A DNA stretch of 64,000 nucleotides. Source: Flavobacteriales bacterium (GTDB lineage: Bacteria; Bacteroidota; Bacteroidia; Flavobacteriales_C; GCA-002722245). The stretch is taken from NCBI GenBank assembly GCA_038154685.1, contig JAYPYW010000001.1:36761-100760 (forward strand). The letters are read 5' to 3'. A model generated the notes under the pieces. That model saw only the letters and a program-made list of their open reading frames with translations. It ran no database searches and was not told where the DNA came from. The stretch's first letter is position 1. Each line of letters begins with the position of its first letter. The position numbers and the translations under genes are program-made. This document shows positions 38,528 through 47,914 of this stretch, in pieces.

Positions 38528-38897
38528 TACTACAGAAAGTACAATTACAAAAGAAAAAAATACAACAAGGAAAAAAGGTGGTAAAACCCAGAAAATTGAT
38601 ATTTGCCATGGAAATGGCCATTTAATTAATGTAGGTATACCTTCAGCATTTTCACATCTAGAAAACGGCGGACAACTTATCAGTTGCGATCCAGATGAGG
38701 GGATTACATATTATGAATTAAGAGGTTATTTAAAAACCAAAGTTTTTAATGATGGAGGGAACTTTAATGATCCAACCGAGTTAGAAAACGCCTTTGAAGA
38801 CTGGTACATTAATGATTATCTAACAGGTAATTGGGATCCCGGTCAAAATAACACTGGCGGAACGGGTTCCGGAGGTATTGGAGGAGGATCTCTTTAA
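38439..38897 (+). CDS. Small lipoprotein with Gly-rich C-terminus
   Basis: Lipobox VGLTLISCEK; C-terminal GGTGSGGIGGGSL. Its start overlaps the 3' end of the convergent gene's listed ORF, so the true start of one of the two may be shorter. Confidence 0.4.
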   Translation: MRNLRIIGVVLVGLTLISCEKDFVEEDFDITTESTITKEKNTTRKKGGKTQKIDICHGNGHLINVGIPSAFSHLENGGQLISCDPDEGITYYELRGYLKTKVFNDGGNFNDPTELENAFEDWYINDYLTGNWDPGQNNTGGTGSGGIGGGSL

Positions 38898-38977
38898 AAT
38901 AAATAGTGGCTTCGGCCACTTTTTTGTTTTACAAATCATATAAAAACTGGGTTAAAATTGAAACATTTTATGTTTAA

Positions 38978-39640
38978 ATGCATAAAACGTCCATATTAGA
39001 ACGAGTAACTATGTTTAAGAAAGTAATATTAGGTGTTGGAGCATTGAGCTTAATTTTAGTTGGATGTAAACAACCTGAGTGTAATAAGGAAGCAGCTTGT
39101 CCTGAGCAGCCAACGCCAATTTCGCTGAATGAATGCAGCCCACATCTACAGAAATTAATTCAAAACCATAAAAGTCATATTAGAGGTTTAGTAGTTGGAA
39201 GCCCGGTTAGTGCTATAAGTGAAAATGATTCAAATTTTGTTTCTAAAACAAGTTTTTACTCTAGCTTTTCGCCAGACTTGGATATTAATTACTGGGCAAC
39301 AGTTGATTATTATTATAATGAGAATAACATAATTGATAAAGTAGAAACCGAAATTATTCCAGGTGGGCTTACTCCTCAAGAGAACGCTATTTTGGTTGAC
39401 TCTTTATATTTTGAATTAAGAGAATACTTATCTGGTAAATATGGGAATTCAACAACGAATACAGATTACAGATTAATCTGGAACGATGTTGATGTAAATA
39501 ATAACTCATTAACAATCTTCTCTTTAGATTATGAAGTGCCGGAAGAAGATATTTCTATTTATGTAGATGAAATTACAGGAGAAACTGATACAGTTGACAA
39601 TCCACCAACAGTTAAATATATTGTTAAATACTTAGAATAA
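38978..39640 (+). CDS. Lipoprotein of unknown function (probable start at MFKKV, 39011)
   Basis: Lipobox GALSLILVGCKQ; no other motif. Confidence 0.5.
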   Translation: MHKTSILERVTMFKKVILGVGALSLILVGCKQPECNKEAACPEQPTPISLNECSPHLQKLIQNHKSHIRGLVVGSPVSAISENDSNFVSKTSFYSSFSPDLDINYWATVDYYYNENNIIDKVETEIIPGGLTPQENAILVDSLYFELREYLSGKYGNSTTNTDYRLIWNDVDVNNNSLTIFSLDYEVPEEDISIYVDEITGETDTVDNPPTVKYIVKYLE

Positions 39641-39676
39641 AATATACTTAACCGTTATTACCAATTAACAAACTAA

Positions 39677-39698
39677 GCCGCATTAATGCGGCTTTTTT
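39677..39698 (+). terminator. Rho-independent terminator
   Basis: Perfect 16-nt palindrome GCCGCATTAATGCGGC followed by TTTTTT. Confidence 0.75.
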
Positions 39699-39966
39699 AT
39701 TATTTGATAAATAAACTAACCTATTGTATTACACAGCATCACACAATCGGTTCGGTAAGTCACCAAAATACATCGATAAAGTGCTATTTTTTCATGCAAA
39801 ATAAAAAATGTAACATTTTATTTAAATATACGTTGCGCTGTATCCTTTTTACATCTAAATTTGCACTCACTTCTAAGCCTAATAGAAGTTTTTAAAAGAT
39901 TATTTTTTTCAATCCCCCGCCTACCCTATCAGATTGAAAAAAGAATAGTCTTTAAAAAGGGGCTTT

Positions 39967-41544
39967 ATGAAAAACTTTAGTAAAATTTTATTCCCACTTC
40001 TTACGGGACTATTTTTCTTAAATATTAAATCAAGTACAGCACAGTGTTCGCAAGATCCTTGGGTTGCTTGTTTTCCTTCATGTACTTATGTTACAGGAGA
40101 TACAGTTTCTTACAGCAGTCAGGACTGGGTTGTAGGGGCAAATACAACATGGTCTTACCTCGCACCTGGTACAGATGGCGGAGGAACATGGACCGCTATT
40201 CCTGGTGCTTGTGCAGGAACTACAACTCCAATAGTATCTCCTACTGAAATAAGAGGAACCTATTGTACGACTACTTTCGGAATCGGTAATATTACTCGTA
40301 ATGGAGGAGCTGCAATTACGGCAAGAGGGCATGTTTTTAGCACCTCTCCAAATCCAACATTAACAGACGGAGTTTTAGTAGATGCCGGAAATGGTGTAGG
40401 AGATGAGTTTGAAGGATTAATTCCTGATTTAGCACCCTCAACTACGTACTACGTGCGAACATATGCTACAAACAGTCAAGGAACCAGATACGGTACCCAG
40501 GCAACACTAACTACTAAAGATGCAGTTGATTGTGCTGATTGTAATTTAGCCTGTGATGAAACGGATTCAAAATGGTTAGATCCAACCTCAGCAGAGTGGT
40601 CTACAGCTCCATTTGCAACAATCAACACAACCGATACAGTTTGTATTACACAAGATGTGACAATTGGTGGAACGATTACTTTATATGGTATGTTCAAGAT
40701 TTGTAACGGAGCAACAGTTACATTAAGTGGATCAATTGATGTACAAACTGCAACACCTACAAACCCCAATTATGAAGGACAAGTTGTATACGAAGGATGT
40801 AACGAAATTTTTGACGGTACTGGATCTTATACTGGCGAGTACTTAGTTATTGAAGCTAAAAACGATCCACTTCAAATGATCAGCTATTGCGAAACATGTA
40901 ATGAAAATGACCAATCACAGTTCTTCAAGCCAACTGTTTCTACTGCTTATTGGGCAGCTACTTGTAGACCAACTTCTACTGTTTTAACACCGCTTCCAGT
41001 TGAGCTAACTTCGTTTAGTGGACAATTAACAGAAAACGGTGTTGAGCTAAACTGGGAAACTGGTGCCGAAATAAACAATAGCCATTTCAATGTGCAAGTC
41101 TCTTACGATGGAGTTAATTGGAAAACTATTGGTGTTGTTCAGGGAGCTGGAAACTCAACGGTTAACCTAAATTACTTTTTCTTAGATAACCAAGAAGGAA
41201 CTGGTGTACAATACTACAGATTAGAGCAAGTTGATTTTGATGGAACTAATGCTTTTTCAAACGTAATTCATGTATCATTCAATGAAAAGGACATGCCAAA
41301 AGCTTTTATTGCTTTTCAAAATTCAGAAAGAAAAGTTGAAATACAAGCTAAATTTAGCGGTATGGGAGAGGCTTATTTAATGGATACTCGAGGAAGAATA
41401 GTTGATACCAAAACATTTATTAGTACAAGTAAATCTGGTACTCAATTCGAATTTGACTCTACCAATTTATCAGAGGGTGTTTACTTTGTAAAAATCAAAT
41501 CTGGTAACGCTCTACTTGGTGAGAAAGTTCAAATTACGAAGTAA
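39967..41544 (+). CDS. Secreted Cys-rich protein with T9SS C-terminal sorting domain (T9SS cargo)
   Basis: Signal peptide MKNFSKILFPLLTGLFFLNIKSSTA. C-terminal Por_Secre_tail-like domain (...LSEGVYFVKIKSGNALLGEKVQITK). Shares the LPVELTSF...NWETGAEINN...YRLEQVDFDGT domain with the gene at 37001-38527. Confidence 0.7.
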   Translation: MKNFSKILFPLLTGLFFLNIKSSTAQCSQDPWVACFPSCTYVTGDTVSYSSQDWVVGANTTWSYLAPGTDGGGTWTAIPGACAGTTTPIVSPTEIRGTYCTTTFGIGNITRNGGAAITARGHVFSTSPNPTLTDGVLVDAGNGVGDEFEGLIPDLAPSTTYYVRTYATNSQGTRYGTQATLTTKDAVDCADCNLACDETDSKWLDPTSAEWSTAPFATINTTDTVCITQDVTIGGTITLYGMFKICNGATVTLSGSIDVQTATPTNPNYEGQVVYEGCNEIFDGTGSYTGEYLVIEAKNDPLQMISYCETCNENDQSQFFKPTVSTAYWAATCRPTSTVLTPLPVELTSFSGQLTENGVELNWETGAEINNSHFNVQVSYDGVNWKTIGVVQGAGNSTVNLNYFFLDNQEGTGVQYYRLEQVDFDGTNAFSNVIHVSFNEKDMPKAFIAFQNSERKVEIQAKFSGMGEAYLMDTRGRIVDTKTFISTSKSGTQFEFDSTNLSEGVYFVKIKSGNALLGEKVQITK

Positions 41545-41566
41545 AACAATCACAAAATACTTTTAA

Positions 41567-41593
41567 GGGGAATCAAATTGATTCCCCTTTTTG
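41567..41593 (+). terminator. Rho-independent terminator
   Basis: GGGGAATCA-AAT-TGATTCCCC hairpin followed by TTTTTG. Confidence 0.8.
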
Positions 41594-41634
41594 TTTATTA
41601 ATCACTATATTTGTTGCAACAAATTTTATAAAGT

Positions 41635-42165
41635 ATGAAAAAGATAATCGCTTTCTCAGGAAGTAATAGTAAAAATTCTATTAATCAAAAATTAGCTATG
41701 GTAGCGTCTAAAATGGTTACTAAAGCTGAAGTTGAAATAATAAATCTTAGCGATTATTCTGCTCCCATTTATGGTATTGACGAAGAAACAGAGAATGGAT
41801 TTCCGCAAAGTATGATAGATTTAAAAAATAAGCTGGCAGAAGCGGATGGTTATATTATTTCAACTCCTGAGCATAATGGCTCAATTCCTGCTTTTTTCAA
41901 AAATGCAATAGATTGGCTTTCCAGACAAAGTAGATCTGTTTTAAACGACCAGCCAACTGTTTTCCTAAGCACATCACCAGGTGCCAGAGGAGGTAAAACT
42001 GCCTTAGCTCATTTGGTAAGTATCATGCCTTACCAGGGAGCAAAAGTCATTGGATCACACTCAGTGGGAAGTTTCAATGATAAAATGCTTAATGAAGACC
42101 TAATTGAAGGTGAAGATAAAACAGCAATCCTTCAATTAATTAAAGATTTAGAAAGTCAGTTATAA
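41635..42165 (+). CDS. NAD(P)H-dependent FMN reductase (flavodoxin-like fold)
   Basis: MKKIIAFSGSNSKNSINQKLA...ISTPEHNGSIPA pattern of the FMN_red family. Confidence 0.8.
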   Translation: MKKIIAFSGSNSKNSINQKLAMVASKMVTKAEVEIINLSDYSAPIYGIDEETENGFPQSMIDLKNKLAEADGYIISTPEHNGSIPAFFKNAIDWLSRQSRSVLNDQPTVFLSTSPGARGGKTALAHLVSIMPYQGAKVIGSHSVGSFNDKMLNEDLIEGEDKTAILQLIKDLESQL

Positions 42166-43089
42166 AGCTGATTCAACTAATTGTTTTAGTTCTTCTTGCG
42201 ATTGAAATTGGGCTATATTATCGTAATTCGATTTCAATTGATTTTCATCTCTGCAATGGAACCAAAGTTTTGGGTTATGCCCACTTTTTAATTGATGATG
42301 AATATCCTTAAGAAAACTACTTAGGTCCTGTATTTTAGGATAAACTGTAAAACTGGAAACATAAATTACATCTTCTAACTCGTTAAAAAGAGCTAAATTG
42401 TCTGTAGGGGTAGATTGTCCCAAGTACACAGTTTTTGCTCCTCTAATTCTTAAATAAAGATTAACGTACAACAGTCCTATTTCATGCAATTCGTAATCGG
42501 GTAAAAACAGTACAAAAACAGGTCCTTCACTCTTATAATTCTTCGGAACTTGAGCAGTACTTAAAATAAGCTTCTGTTTTACAACATTGGCTACAAAATG
42601 CTCGTGAGCCGGTGTTATTTTAGAGCTCTGCCAAAGGAGACCTACCTTATTTAAAATCGGAAAAATCACCTCCGTATAACCCAATTCAAGACCTAATCTT
42701 TCAATTATTTTATCGATTATTTTATCGATGGCCTCTTCATCAAAAGTAAGAATAGCCAGTTTTAATTGATCATTGAAATATAAATGCGACTTATCTCCAA
42801 TAATTTTTTCATTAACTAAAGTCTCTAACTGAGATTTTGGAAGACTGGCAATTTTGGAAATCTTATAACCGCTCTCCGTCAGGTAAGCTAAGTTCAACAA
42901 TCGTTTTAAAGATTCTGTTGAATATATCCTTTGATTTCCTTCCGAACGTTCAGGTTCTAACGCAGAATATCTTTGTTCCCAAACTCTTATTGTATGAGCC
43001 TTTATTTCAGATAAGTTCTCCAAATCTTTTATGGAGAATGTATTTTGTATCAATTTAGTCGCCAACTTCACTAGTATATGTGCAAGCAA
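42160..43089 (-). CDS. MerR-family regulator with C-terminal cobalamin-binding domain (CarH/LitR-like, putative light/B12-responsive)
   Basis: N-terminal MerR HTH (FSIKDLENLSEIKAHTIRVWEQRY). W-x9-EH motif (WQSSKITPAHEH) and B12 lower-ligand motif E-x-H-x-x-G (ELHEIG) within a Rossmann-like domain. Confidence 0.65.
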   Translation of the reverse strand: MLAHILVKLATKLIQNTFSIKDLENLSEIKAHTIRVWEQRYSALEPERSEGNQRIYSTESLKRLLNLAYLTESGYKISKIASLPKSQLETLVNEKIIGDKSHLYFNDQLKLAILTFDEEAIDKIIDKIIERLGLELGYTEVIFPILNKVGLLWQSSKITPAHEHFVANVVKQKLILSTAQVPKNYKSEGPVFVLFLPDYELHEIGLLYVNLYLRIRGAKTVYLGQSTPTDNLALFNELEDVIYVSSFTVYPKIQDLSSFLKDIHHQLKSGHNPKLWFHCRDENQLKSNYDNIAQFQSQEELKQLVESAL

Positions 43090-43117
43090 AATAAAAATTT
43101 TCCAAACAAAATCCTTT

Positions 43118-44161
43118 CTATTCTATAGCTTCCCACCATCGATTCGAATCAAAAGTTTCATTTATCAGTTTTTGCTGACCTAATTTAGGACAAACCCAAT
43201 AAAGGCCTTTTTCTTCAGCACTTTTAACGAAATCAATAACGGGTGTTTTCCATTTATGAGGAGCCAATGAAAAACCAGCCCAGTGAACTGGCATAATTCT
43301 TTTTACCCCAGCATCTAAAGCTGCCTGAACGCTTTCATCTGGAAACATGTGAATTTGACGCCACAATTCATGGTATTGACCACATTCCATAAATCCAAAA
43401 TCAAAAGGGCCTAGCTTCTCTCCTACCAATTTAAAATGATCGCCATAACCTCCATCTCCACTGAAGTAGATGTTTTCACTCGAACTCTTTATAGTCCAAC
43501 CACCCCAAAGGGATTTATTCCTGTCTAAAATTCCTCTTCCTGAAAAATGACGGGTAGGTGTAAATGTGATTTCTATACCCTCTAATTCAGATTTATCCCA
43601 CCAATCAAACTCTTTTACTTTCTCAGGGTAGATTCCCCAACTTTCAAAATGCCGTTTTGTACCTTTTGCTACCCAATACTTTTTTACTTTTGATTTTAGC
43701 TTATTTATGCTTGCTAAATCTAGATGATCATAGTGATCGTGACTCAACAAAAGCAAATCAATTTTGGGTAAATTATCAATTAAATCTAAAGTCCCTTTTG
43801 AAAACCTCTTAGTTTTAAATGGCGCTATTGGAGAAGCATCAGGACCTAACATTGGATCGATTACAATAATCTTTCCTTCAACATTAAGTAATACAACTGA
43901 ATGCCCAAACCAAATAAACTTCGCAGAGGAGGAGGATGATAAAAAAGAATCTTTGTCAAATTCCTCTATCGTAATCGGATTCATAGGTGATCTCCCTTTT
44001 GTTTTAAAAAAATTCTCGTAAATCATACCGGGAAAATCTTTTAGTTTAAAGTCCATTTTAGTTTCCACTAAATTCTCAAAACTCTTTCCTTTCCAATTTG
44101 ACGATTGTGCTAATTCGCGCTTTAATTGTTTAGTTATTTTCCCTCCAAATTGCTTTTTCAT
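43118..44161 (-). CDS. Metallo-beta-lactamase-fold hydrolase, NAPE-PLD-like (soluble paralog)
   Basis: FIWFGHSVVLL...IDLLLLSHDHYDHLD, then downstream His/Asp ligands. The pattern parallels N-acyl-phosphatidylethanolamine phospholipase D. Confidence 0.75.
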   Translation of the reverse strand: MKKQFGGKITKQLKRELAQSSNWKGKSFENLVETKMDFKLKDFPGMIYENFFKTKGRSPMNPITIEEFDKDSFLSSSSSAKFIWFGHSVVLLNVEGKIIVIDPMLGPDASPIAPFKTKRFSKGTLDLIDNLPKIDLLLLSHDHYDHLDLASINKLKSKVKKYWVAKGTKRHFESWGIYPEKVKEFDWWDKSELEGIEITFTPTRHFSGRGILDRNKSLWGGWTIKSSSENIYFSGDGGYGDHFKLVGEKLGPFDFGFMECGQYHELWRQIHMFPDESVQAALDAGVKRIMPVHWAGFSLAPHKWKTPVIDFVKSAEEKGLYWVCPKLGQQKLINETFDSNRWWEAIE

Positions 44162-45300
44162 TCTGCTAGCTTATCCCACCAAGGGTTATAATTTAAGTTT
44201 ATAGCATCTAATTTAATCGTCTCCCCAATTTGCGGTGTAATAATATTTACTCCAAGTGAATCTGCAGCCTTTTTTATCCTTACAGGTGGCTCAAACCAAT
44301 CATGTAAGGAAAGTGTAAAAGCTCCCCAATGAATTGGTATTCCAAATTTTGCTTTCAAATCTTTTACTGCCAAGGCTGACTCTTCTGGCTGCATATGAAT
44401 TTGCTTCCAGTTTTTATTGTACTGCCCACATTCAACCATTGCTATATCAAACGGGCCGTATTTATCCCCTATAGCTGCAAAGTGATCATCATATCCTCCA
44501 TCCCCACTAAAGAATATCTTCTGATTTTCTCCTTTAATAACCCATGAACCCCACAATGTTGAATTATGATTTAACAAACCTCTACCTGAAAAGTGTCGCG
44601 TTGGAGTAAGTGCAAAATTTAATCCATCAATCGAATCCTCATCCCACCAATTATATTCATGAATTTTATTTTCCGGGATACCCCAAGATTTAAAATGAGC
44701 TCCAACTCCGTATGGCAAAATAAATTGTTTAACCTTAGGATGAATTTGTTCTATCGTTTCATAATCCAAATGATCATAATGATCGTGAGAAATAAAAACA
44801 AAATCAATTGCTGGCAATTCTTCAATCTCAAGTGGAATATGTTTATTATATCTACTTCTCGAAAGCCATTTGATTGGAGAAGGAGCTTCGCCAAGCATAG
44901 GATCTAGCAAAATGTTTTTATTATCTAATTGAAGTAGAAACGCTGAATGGCCAAACCAAATTAGTTTGGGCTCTGAGCGAGTCTTTTCTAAAACCAAAGA
45001 ATCTTGATCTAAGAATGGTACTTCGAACAAAGGATCTCGATTAGGATTTTCTTTATAATACTCCTTTAGCGTGCTCCAAAACACATCCCATGAAAACCCG
45101 CGAGAGGTATTGTGATAGTTTTTAAATTTCCCATCTGAATAATGACCAGATTTTTCAAATTTCAAAACATCCTCTTCAGTAGGATCACCTCCAAACTCAG
45201 GGCTTACATTAACAAAAACAATCCCAATAAAAATTACTGATAGCAGCAAAAGGAAAAACCACTTAAGCAACTTCTTAAACCATTTCCACAGCAACTTCAT
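44158..45300 (-). CDS. Metallo-beta-lactamase-fold hydrolase, NAPE-PLD-like (N-terminal TM anchor paralog)
   Basis: N-terminal TM WFFLLLLSVIFIGIVFVNV, then LIWFGHSAFLL...IDFVFISHDHYDHLD. 4-nt overlap with the downstream paralog. Confidence 0.75.
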   Translation of the reverse strand: MKLLWKWFKKLLKWFFLLLLSVIFIGIVFVNVSPEFGGDPTEEDVLKFEKSGHYSDGKFKNYHNTSRGFSWDVFWSTLKEYYKENPNRDPLFEVPFLDQDSLVLEKTRSEPKLIWFGHSAFLLQLDNKNILLDPMLGEAPSPIKWLSRSRYNKHIPLEIEELPAIDFVFISHDHYDHLDYETIEQIHPKVKQFILPYGVGAHFKSWGIPENKIHEYNWWDEDSIDGLNFALTPTRHFSGRGLLNHNSTLWGSWVIKGENQKIFFSGDGGYDDHFAAIGDKYGPFDIAMVECGQYNKNWKQIHMQPEESALAVKDLKAKFGIPIHWGAFTLSLHDWFEPPVRIKKAADSLGVNIITPQIGETIKLDAINLNYNPWWDKLAE

Positions 45301-45306
45301 TAAATG

Positions 45307-45483
45307 CTATTTAAAGATCTTAAGAGAAACTAAGTTGGCTACAAAATCGGCGGAACCAAAAATTGATCTAACAAATAAATTAGACTGCTTATCCAATATT
45401 TCAGCTGAAAGCTTCCAAGTATTGAGCATCTTAAAAAATGCAATTCCAACAAGAATAGTTACGAAAGAATATACCAGTATCAT
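45307..45483 (-). CDS. Candidate 58-aa small membrane protein ORF upstream of the MBL-hydrolase operon (not in the supplied ORF track)
   Basis: My own reverse-strand translation gives MILVYSFVTILVGIAFFKMLNTWKLSAEILDKQSNLFVRSIFGSADFVANLVSLKIFK* with one TM helix. No independent support. Confidence 0.2.
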   Translation of the reverse strand: MILVYSFVTILVGIAFFKMLNTWKLSAEILDKQSNLFVRSIFGSADFVANLVSLKIFK

Positions 45484-45549
45484 TGCTTTAAGTTTCCTCT
45501 AATTTACCATTAAAGTTGCCTAAAGAATTCATTATTTGATGAACGGATC

Positions 45550-45574
45550 AAAAAAAAGGCCGAAAACCGGCCTC
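45550..45574 (-). terminator. Rho-independent terminator after the OmpA-family gene (reverse strand)
   Basis: On the reverse strand, AGGCCGG-TTTT-CGGCCT followed by T8, directly after the stop. Confidence 0.7.
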
Positions 45575-45577
45575 ACT

Positions 45578-47818
45578 TTATATTTGGATTTGTTGCTCAA
45601 TGTCTTCTTTAGAATCCGACTTTTCAAATTTTCGCAGCACAAAACTTATTCTATTCTGTTCTAAATTCTTCTTAAAATCTTCCTTTGGGATCATATAAGG
45701 ATTCATTTCATCATCAAATGCTATTAAAGCTTTCGCAAACTTTTTGCTAATCTCAAATTTGTACGGACTGTAATCCATGTAGCCATCAAATCTCATTACT
45801 CCGTTTAGCATCTCATCAAAAACATAAATAACTGCAATATCCAATTTCTTCCCGTTTTCATCTTTGTAATCTGCCACAATTAAATCAGGCTTCACTAATT
45901 GTTTTATAGCATCCGCGTTGAATGTCCCCATTGCACTCAGACTAACATTTAGCCCAGTGCCATCAAGGGCATTCTTCATTTTATCTTGTCGAGCCTGCTC
46001 CATCATATATTTATTATTTCTAAAACTACAATTTGCATACTCACTTGATAATAAGTGATTACTAATTGATGGATTAAAATTGGCTTGATCACCATCAAAT
46101 TCTCCTAACCATGCAACTTCATTTTGAGTGGTAAATTCTTTATCGAAACTAAAGCCAGCAAAAGTTGAAACATCTTTTAAAAACTGATGCTGAGTAATAA
46201 TAGCTTGCGCCTCTTCTATTTGCTTTCTTACAGGATCTAATTGAGCAGTGAGTTTATCTAACTTTTTATTAAGTTTTGCAAACGATTCTTGGTACTCATT
46301 ATATAATTCAGCGTACATGCTTAGTGCTCTTTTCCTTTTAGCAGGAGCTTTGTAAAAAGACAGCCATCCAACTGAACTAACTTTTAAATTAGGTAAGGAA
46401 TCGTTCAAAACCATGTTTGATTTGCTCCCCCTGCTCCATGTTTTATATAATAACTTGTAGGTTAAAGAAAGTTCTCCATTATTTTCCACAAGCGTCAAAT
46501 TTGTAATTTCTGATTTGTGTTTAAAAGCTGCTCTCCTATTTTTTGATCGAACTTCTTTTTTATTTACCTCAAATAGCATTTTATTAAAAGCATCCGTTTC
46601 GTCATTTCTATGGTTCTTAGATTTCCTATGCAGATTTAGTGAAAAATAGGCTTTACCATTTTTAGTGCTAACCTTTTTCAATTTATAACGATGCTCTTTG
46701 TTTTTGATCTTTACTCCAACTGCCTTTATCTTTTTTGTCAACCTAGCTTGTCTGGCAAATAATGATTTTCTTAAGCGATAAACACTATCAATATCTACTC
46801 CCTCAAGTAAGTTCAAGCTTTGCTGGTAATCAGGAGTTATTTCATTATTTGTGTATTTTGAATTCAACTTAAATGCCACCATCCCCCTTCTACAATCTGG
46901 CGTGTTTTCAAATTCTTCATCGTGGCCTAATGTGAGTGAATTCTGATTTATAGTTTGACCGTTATTCCACTCTTTGGTTTGATCATCGAAAGCATAAAAT
47001 CTTGATTCACTTTGGTTTTTCTTAAGGTTCAACTCCGTATCAATGGATTTCCCAGGAGCCAGGGATAACTCTTCATTTCCTTGTTTAGCTTCAATTCTAA
47101 ACATTCCATCAGATTGAAAAAATGCAATCCTACCATCTTGCTCTAAATTCATAGGTTCATTCGCGAAAACAAAGTCTAGCGGGTCTCTATATTCAATAAC
47201 TTCAACGGTCACGCTCCCTTCGATTAGGTTTCCATTTTTATCTACAAAAGCATCCTTAGGAATATTAAATTTACTACCTGACTTTGTTTCAATTTCAGCC
47301 CCATTAGCACAAGAAAAATTGTAAGCTTCTGCCTTCAGTTCATACCCAGCAATATTAGTAGGTTGATAATTCTTTGTTGAAATTTCTACATGAGTTCTTC
47401 GGTTAATAGCTTTACCAGCATCCGTATTATTGGAAGCCACAGGGTTATCTGAACCATAGTAATTAATCACTATTTGATCTTCTGGTATTCCCATTTCTAC
47501 TAAATAATTCTTAACAGAGGCTGCTCTCTTTTGAGATAAAATTTGATTCTTTTCTGGATCTCCAGATGCATCTGTATAACCAGATAATTTCACCTCATAA
47601 GCTTTCTTAATATTAGTAAGTTCTCCAAAGTTTTTTTTCAGTTTGCTATACTCCTCTGGCTTAAATCTACTTGAGTTAGAATCAAAAAAGACATCAAATT
47701 CCTTTACAATTTTTTGCCCGAAAAGAGTTGAATAAATAAAAAACGACAGAATTAATAATATTGAGTTTCTCATGGTGCTTGATTTTTTATTTATAACACT
47801 AAAAACTAGAAAAGACAC
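45578..47818 (-). CDS. OmpA-family protein with N-terminally placed OmpA-like domain and about 600-aa C-terminal region of unknown function
   Basis: Signal peptide (MRNSILLILSFFIYSTLFGQ is the likely start). OmpA_C-like motif LSGYTDASGDPEKNQILSQKRAASVKNYL...NRRTHVEI at residues about 60-140. The rest is K-rich and unassigned. Confidence 0.7.
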   Translation of the reverse strand: MSFLVFSVINKKSSTMRNSILLILSFFIYSTLFGQKIVKEFDVFFDSNSSRFKPEEYSKLKKNFGELTNIKKAYEVKLSGYTDASGDPEKNQILSQKRAASVKNYLVEMGIPEDQIVINYYGSDNPVASNNTDAGKAINRRTHVEISTKNYQPTNIAGYELKAEAYNFSCANGAEIETKSGSKFNIPKDAFVDKNGNLIEGSVTVEVIEYRDPLDFVFANEPMNLEQDGRIAFFQSDGMFRIEAKQGNEELSLAPGKSIDTELNLKKNQSESRFYAFDDQTKEWNNGQTINQNSLTLGHDEEFENTPDCRRGMVAFKLNSKYTNNEITPDYQQSLNLLEGVDIDSVYRLRKSLFARQARLTKKIKAVGVKIKNKEHRYKLKKVSTKNGKAYFSLNLHRKSKNHRNDETDAFNKMLFEVNKKEVRSKNRRAAFKHKSEITNLTLVENNGELSLTYKLLYKTWSRGSKSNMVLNDSLPNLKVSSVGWLSFYKAPAKRKRALSMYAELYNEYQESFAKLNKKLDKLTAQLDPVRKQIEEAQAIITQHQFLKDVSTFAGFSFDKEFTTQNEVAWLGEFDGDQANFNPSISNHLLSSEYANCSFRNNKYMMEQARQDKMKNALDGTGLNVSLSAMGTFNADAIKQLVKPDLIVADYKDENGKKLDIAVIYVFDEMLNGVMRFDGYMDYSPYKFEISKKFAKALIAFDDEMNPYMIPKEDFKKNLEQNRISFVLRKFEKSDSKEDIEQQIQI

Positions 47819-47914
47819 AGAAAAATTGTCTGGTTTATTTTTTTCATCAAGAAAACTATTCCTTTAGTGATAGAGGTCACAGCTAAAAAAAACTAGATAA
47901 ATTAGTTTCACCAA

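Noticed and set aside
39686-39895. 69-aa ORF between the lipoprotein gene and the T9SS cargo gene
   Set aside because: It sits in an AT-rich promoter or leader region directly after a strong terminator, with no RBS context or motif. Likely non-coding.
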